In this document: one piece after another, positions 60,004 through 64,000 of the stretch
Layout: the number at the start of each line of letters is the position of its first letter
Numbering within the stretch: position 1 is the first letter of the stretch
Virus record (IMG/VR): IMGVR_UViG_3300003873_000002
Location: 64,001-128,000 of that record
Length of the DNA: 64,000 bases
Direction: 5' to 3' (one strand)
Source of the DNA: a virus
The notes under the pieces: generated by a model
Seen by the model: only the letters and a program-made list of their open reading frames with translations
Told to the model about the DNA's origin: nothing
Databases searched by the model: none
Position numbers and translations under genes: made by a program

Positions 60004-60606
60004 ATGATTTTTAAAAGCACAAAAACATTTAATAATTTACCATGTTCACACCAGCAATGGATGGATTCTGATGAGGATGGGGTAATTGGTGCAGGTCAAT
60101 GTGCCCAAACACATGGATATAGTAGATCGTTTATTTTCGAATTTTCTTGTAGTGAAGTAGATAGTTATGGGTGGGTCGTGGGTTTTAGTTCACTTAAAAA
60201 GGTTAAGAAGTGGCTAGAATATATGTTTGACCATACTTCATTATGGGAATCATCTGACCCTCGCATCGACGATGTACTCAAAATAAATGATGAATTAGAT
60301 ATTCCATTATATAATTTAAGGGTTCTACCCACTGGTGTGTCTATGGAACAAACAGCATTATTTGTTTCTATGTATATTAATCCTTATATTTATGATACTA
60401 CTGATGGTCGTTGCTGGATTTCTAGACTAGAAGTTAGAGAGAACGATAAGAATTCAGGTATTATTGAATTGACTGAAGAAGATGCGATTAAAATGTCACA
60501 GCGGTTGAATGAATATGAGCCTCATAATTATTTCCCAACTAGGACTGTTTATAGATATACCATGCCAAAAAAATTAATTAACGAAATTGACACGTTTAGT
60601 GTTTAA
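60004..60606 (+). CDS. queD: 6-carboxytetrahydropterin synthase (QueD/PTPS-like)
   Basis: SHQQW, CAQTHGYSR, GWVVGF, FDHT, DP, SME, VRENDKNS. Confidence 0.85.
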   Translation: MIFKSTKTFNNLPCSHQQWMDSDEDGVIGAGQCAQTHGYSRSFIFEFSCSEVDSYGWVVGFSSLKKVKKWLEYMFDHTSLWESSDPRIDDVLKINDELDIPLYNLRVLPTGVSMEQTALFVSMYINPYIYDTTDGRCWISRLEVRENDKNSGIIELTEEDAIKMSQRLNEYEPHNYFPTRTVYRYTMPKKLINEIDTFSV

Positions 60607-60649
60607 AGTGTTTAAAGTGTTTAATGAAATAGATTGAATAGAGGTATTT

Positions 60650-61117
60650 ATGAATGAATGGGGTATTGAGCTACCCCCTCCACCTATGGAGGAGGTAGTT
60701 ACACCAAAAACAAAGAAAAAATCAATATTTGATATTATTGGTTCAACATATAATAAGAGATATTTTGCAAGTGATGAGGATATAAATAGCTCATTGAATG
60801 AATTCATGCTTGTAAATATATTATCAAATCACCCTGCTACAATTTTTTTGGCTGAGTACTTAAACAATCATAATATGCCATTACCAACAGCTTATAGATT
60901 TATTTATCATTCAATTCCAAAGGGTGCTATTCGAAATATTTTATATCCATCGAATAAAAAATCACAAAAAAATATCAGTGAAGATGAAATAGAGGTGATT
61001 TGCAAACATTATAAATGCAATGAAGTTATTGCACAAAAATATTTTAATATTTTGCCAAAAGAAGAACTTGATAAAATTGTGGATATGTATGCTGAGGGTG
61101 GTATAGTCAACCAATAG
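60650..61117 (+). CDS. Clamp loader small subunit (T4 gp62-like)
   Basis: SIFDII, FML...LS, ICKHYKCNE..A..Y..IL, terminal GG. Confidence 0.75.
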   Translation: MNEWGIELPPPPMEEVVTPKTKKKSIFDIIGSTYNKRYFASDEDINSSLNEFMLVNILSNHPATIFLAEYLNNHNMPLPTAYRFIYHSIPKGAIRNILYPSNKKSQKNISEDEIEVICKHYKCNEVIAQKYFNILPKEELDKIVDMYAEGGIVNQ

Positions 61118-61191
61118 TCAACCAATAGTCAACCAATAGTCAATCAGTAGATAGTCAGTAGATAGTCAGTAGATAGTCAGTAGATAGTCAG
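61103..61191. repeat. Two abutting 11-nt tandem repeats (ATAGTCAACCA)x3.7 and (TCAGTAGATAG)x4
   Basis: Direct reading; the first unit includes the stop codon of the gp62-like gene. Confidence 0.95.
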
Positions 61192-61206
61192 AAAAAGGAG
61201 CAAAAA

Positions 61207-62166
61207 ATGATCAGTTTAAGCCACAATGACCTTGATGGTGTAGTTTCACAATTTTCTGTGAGAATAAAATACGGTGAGAATAATACTTATATTAATACAT
61301 CATATGCAGATATTTCATATTATTTGAACGAAATTAAAACAAGCAAAACAAATGTATCAAATCAGAATCAAGAACTTATTGTTACTGATTTAAATTTTAA
61401 AAGCAGTGATATCGATATTTTAATTAGTATGAGCGATGATTTTGATATCACATATATTGATCATCATTTATACGATGAAAATGACCTTAAAAAATTATAC
61501 AAGTCAAAAATCACTACAGTGATTGATACATCTAAATCGGCATCTCTTATTGCATATGAATATTTCATAAAAGGCAATGAAAATGCATTAAACCATGTGG
61601 ACACTGATGAGTTTAAATATCTTGTAGACTGTACAAATGCATATGATATTTGGTTAACTGATTCAGAATTGTGGGATGATGGGTTTAAACTTAATAATGC
61701 TTTTTGGGATTTATCATTAAACTCATTTGCATCTCATGTAGTGAGTAACTCATATATGTACACTAGTTATATTAAACAACGTGGAAATGAAATAGATAAC
61801 GATGCAAGAAAATATTTTTTAGGCGAAGGCAGTGTGCCGAAAGTAAAAGAAAATAATGGTTTATTATTATTTGCGAATAGATTTGTTGCATACGCACAAT
61901 TTTTATTCCCGGATTTTAATTATTACATGATTGTAACATCCGAAAAAAATATTTCGTTCAGAACAAAAGATCTAAATGATGATAGTAGCCTTTATTTTAA
62001 AGATAGTATTTGTGATTACGCAAATAGTTTAGATGAAGTTGTTTCATGTGGTGGCCACAAACAAGCATTTGGTGTTACTTTAAAATCTGATTTAAGTGAT
62101 AGTGATAAACAAAATGTAATTCAAAAACTTTATAATAAATTTAATGAATATCAGGTAAAAAGGTAA
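61207..62166 (+). CDS. DHH-family phosphoesterase
   Basis: SHNDLDG, VTDL, YIDHH, SFR, GGHKQAFG. Confidence 0.9.
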   Translation: MISLSHNDLDGVVSQFSVRIKYGENNTYINTSYADISYYLNEIKTSKTNVSNQNQELIVTDLNFKSSDIDILISMSDDFDITYIDHHLYDENDLKKLYKSKITTVIDTSKSASLIAYEYFIKGNENALNHVDTDEFKYLVDCTNAYDIWLTDSELWDDGFKLNNAFWDLSLNSFASHVVSNSYMYTSYIKQRGNEIDNDARKYFLGEGSVPKVKENNGLLLFANRFVAYAQFLFPDFNYYMIVTSEKNISFRTKDLNDDSSLYFKDSICDYANSLDEVVSCGGHKQAFGVTLKSDLSDSDKQNVIQKLYNKFNEYQVKR

Positions 62167-62170
62167 AAAC

Positions 62171-63586
62171 ATGATAAAACCATCAAAACCATTAAAGATA
62201 TCTACTAAAACACTCACTAAAACACAACAAGTTGTCTTTAATGATATCATTCACGAAATTAATGATATTATGCAGGATGCTGTTTTTAGTCCACTTGAAC
62301 GCATTATCTCTTTAAATGGACCCGCTGGTAGTGGAAAATCATTTTTAACTGCACGTATTATAAAATATATCATCGACAATAAAATGGGTGTAACAAAAGT
62401 GACTACCACTACACATAAATCGCTCGAAGTTATCAAAAATATGTTGGATGATGAGGGGTTAAATGGTGTTGATTCGGGAACAATCCACTCACATTTAAGA
62501 ATAAAAGTCAGAGATGATTATAATACTGGTGAGCAAACATTTGTAGTTGATAAAACCAAGGCACCAGAAAAGGTTGATATTTTATTTATTGATGAATATT
62601 CAATGATTTCAGAAGATTTAATGAAATATATTGTTGCTGCAGTAAAAAACGGTACAATTAAGTGCGTTGTGTTTGTTGGTGATATTTATCAGCTCCCACC
62701 AGTTTCAGGTGAAATTGATTTAAATTCCATTATTAGGAATAACTATTATTTGACAGAAATAGCCAGGCAACGTGAAGGGTCTCCTATTATTTCTTTGGCA
62801 ACCGTATTTAGAAATCAAATTGAAACACTAGGTGAGAGCTTGCATGTGCCAACTATTAAAGAACTTTTATACAATGGGATTAATGAAATTAATAATAATC
62901 CGCAAAAATATGGTGAGCGAATAAATGATATCAAAATTTATAATCGCGAAGATGAGTGGATGGAGAAATTATATGAGAAAAATGAAGAAGATGACGCAGA
63001 TACTATTTTAGCTGCATACACGAATACATATGTTAAAGTAAAAAATAGTGAAATTAGAGGGGTGCTACTTAAAGATAAAATCGTTGTTGATGAATTTAAT
63101 AACAGAGATTTTTTAATACCTGGCGAGCACATGATTTTCCAAGAGGCATACACTAAAAATAATGAAGTGATACACAGAAATAATGAATCCATTATAGTCG
63201 AGAAATGTGAAAAGAAATTTAATAATGGTATTTGGTACTGGGAAGTAGAAACAACTGTTAACACAAAATTTAAATGCATTGACCCTATCTCGATGAATAA
63301 TTATAAAAATATGCTTAATAGTATTATTGAACATGCAAAGTCATTACAGGGAATTGACAGGTCAAAAGTATGGAAGCGATATTTTGATATTAAAAATGAT
63401 TTTCCATATATAACGTATGGATATGCAAGCACTGTTCATAAAACACAGGGTAGTACATATAAAGATGTATTTTTTAGTCTCAGAAATGTTGTTGATTTTG
63501 AACAGAGTGTTGATTTTGATATGTTGTTAAGATTATGCTACGTTGCAATTACTAGATCATCACATAATCTATATATATTGGTGTAA
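62171..63586 (+). CDS. dda: SF1B DNA helicase (T4 Dda-like)
   Basis: GPAGSGKS, TIHSHL, IDEYSM, VGDIYQLPPV, LTEIARQ, AYTN, YASTVHKTQGSTY, YVAITR. Confidence 0.9.
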   Translation: MIKPSKPLKISTKTLTKTQQVVFNDIIHEINDIMQDAVFSPLERIISLNGPAGSGKSFLTARIIKYIIDNKMGVTKVTTTTHKSLEVIKNMLDDEGLNGVDSGTIHSHLRIKVRDDYNTGEQTFVVDKTKAPEKVDILFIDEYSMISEDLMKYIVAAVKNGTIKCVVFVGDIYQLPPVSGEIDLNSIIRNNYYLTEIARQREGSPIISLATVFRNQIETLGESLHVPTIKELLYNGINEINNNPQKYGERINDIKIYNREDEWMEKLYEKNEEDDADTILAAYTNTYVKVKNSEIRGVLLKDKIVVDEFNNRDFLIPGEHMIFQEAYTKNNEVIHRNNESIIVEKCEKKFNNGIWYWEVETTVNTKFKCIDPISMNNYKNMLNSIIEHAKSLQGIDRSKVWKRYFDIKNDFPYITYGYASTVHKTQGSTYKDVFFSLRNVVDFEQSVDFDMLLRLCYVAITRSSHNLYILV

Positions 63587-63680
63587 ACATTGGTATAGTA
63601 AAGTGTATTATTTATTAAATAATACACAAATATTAAACAATAATAACAATAAAAAAAATATTTTTTATAAAGGAACTATT

Positions 63681-64000
63681 ATCAAACACATTTTGGATGT
63701 ATCAGAACTAATTGATTACATGAAATCACTAGATGATGACGAATTGCTTGATTTTGTGACACTCACTGATTGGTCAAAAATAGAATATCTTGCTGACGAT
63801 TTGCATGAAGTTATACTGCATGCGCTCGGATTTGGGGGCGACCATATTATAGGTGCAATTATCCAAGCTTCAATCGAAACAAAACTTGAAGATTTTTATG
63901 ATGACGATGAATTTATAAATCCGCTCGATTATATAGATGCAGACAGTATTGACAGTATTGATTATCAATCAGATGATAGTTACAATAGTTACAATATTTA
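63681..64000 (+). CDS. Acidic hypothetical protein, runs off the window
   Basis: Frame open to the end (IKHILDVSELIDYMKSLDDDELL...); AAGGA RBS; first ATG at 63720. Confidence 0.5.
   Translation, partial: MKHILDVSELIDYMKSLDDDELLDFVTLTDWSKIEYLADDLHEVILHALGFGGDHIIGAIIQASIETKLEDFYDDDEFINPLDYIDADSIDSIDYQSDDSYNSYNI

Noticed and set aside
1-64000. Alternative genetic code (stop recoding) and tRNA genes
   Set aside because: Genes are full length under the standard code and TAA, TAG and TGA all act as stops; no tRNA cloverleaf recognised by eye

Overview
AT-rich 64 kb segment of a large T4-like (myovirus-type) phage genome with two divergent arms. Left arm (1-32600, all minus strand): a large tail-fibre/adhesin region of about 25 genes. 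Many share N-terminal docking motifs and carry different tips (Gly-rich, LamG, RCC1, gp53-like, S74 chaperone). Assembly chaperones, oxygenase/cupin enzymes and two sigma70-driven inserts (U32-like/methyltransferase + membrane protein + secreted nuclease; HD-polynucleotide kinase) are interspersed. A 1.45 kb non-coding strand-switch region (32601-34066) contains nine IHF-consensus-like sites and iteron-like direct repeats, a likely origin or packaging site. Right arm (plus strand): M15 endolysin, a complete flagellin + FlaG-like pair behind a near-perfect sigma28 (FliA) promoter, endonuclease VII, gp55 late sigma, a SleB-type hydrolase, a nucleotidyltransferase/nuclease/ligase-cytidylyltransferase trio, DNA ligase, nrdAB-glutaredoxin, a ParM-ParR-like actin module, dNMP kinase, gp33, gp59, gp44, QueD, gp62, a DHH phosphoesterase and Dda helicase. 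Many intergenic gaps are filled with short 9-11 nt tandem repeats, each with its own sequence. The strongest novelty candidate is the phage-borne, host-sigma28-wired flagellin/FlaG cassette, possibly acting with the ParM-ParR module in a carrier or plasmid-like state. All product calls come from motif recognition by eye; no database search was run.
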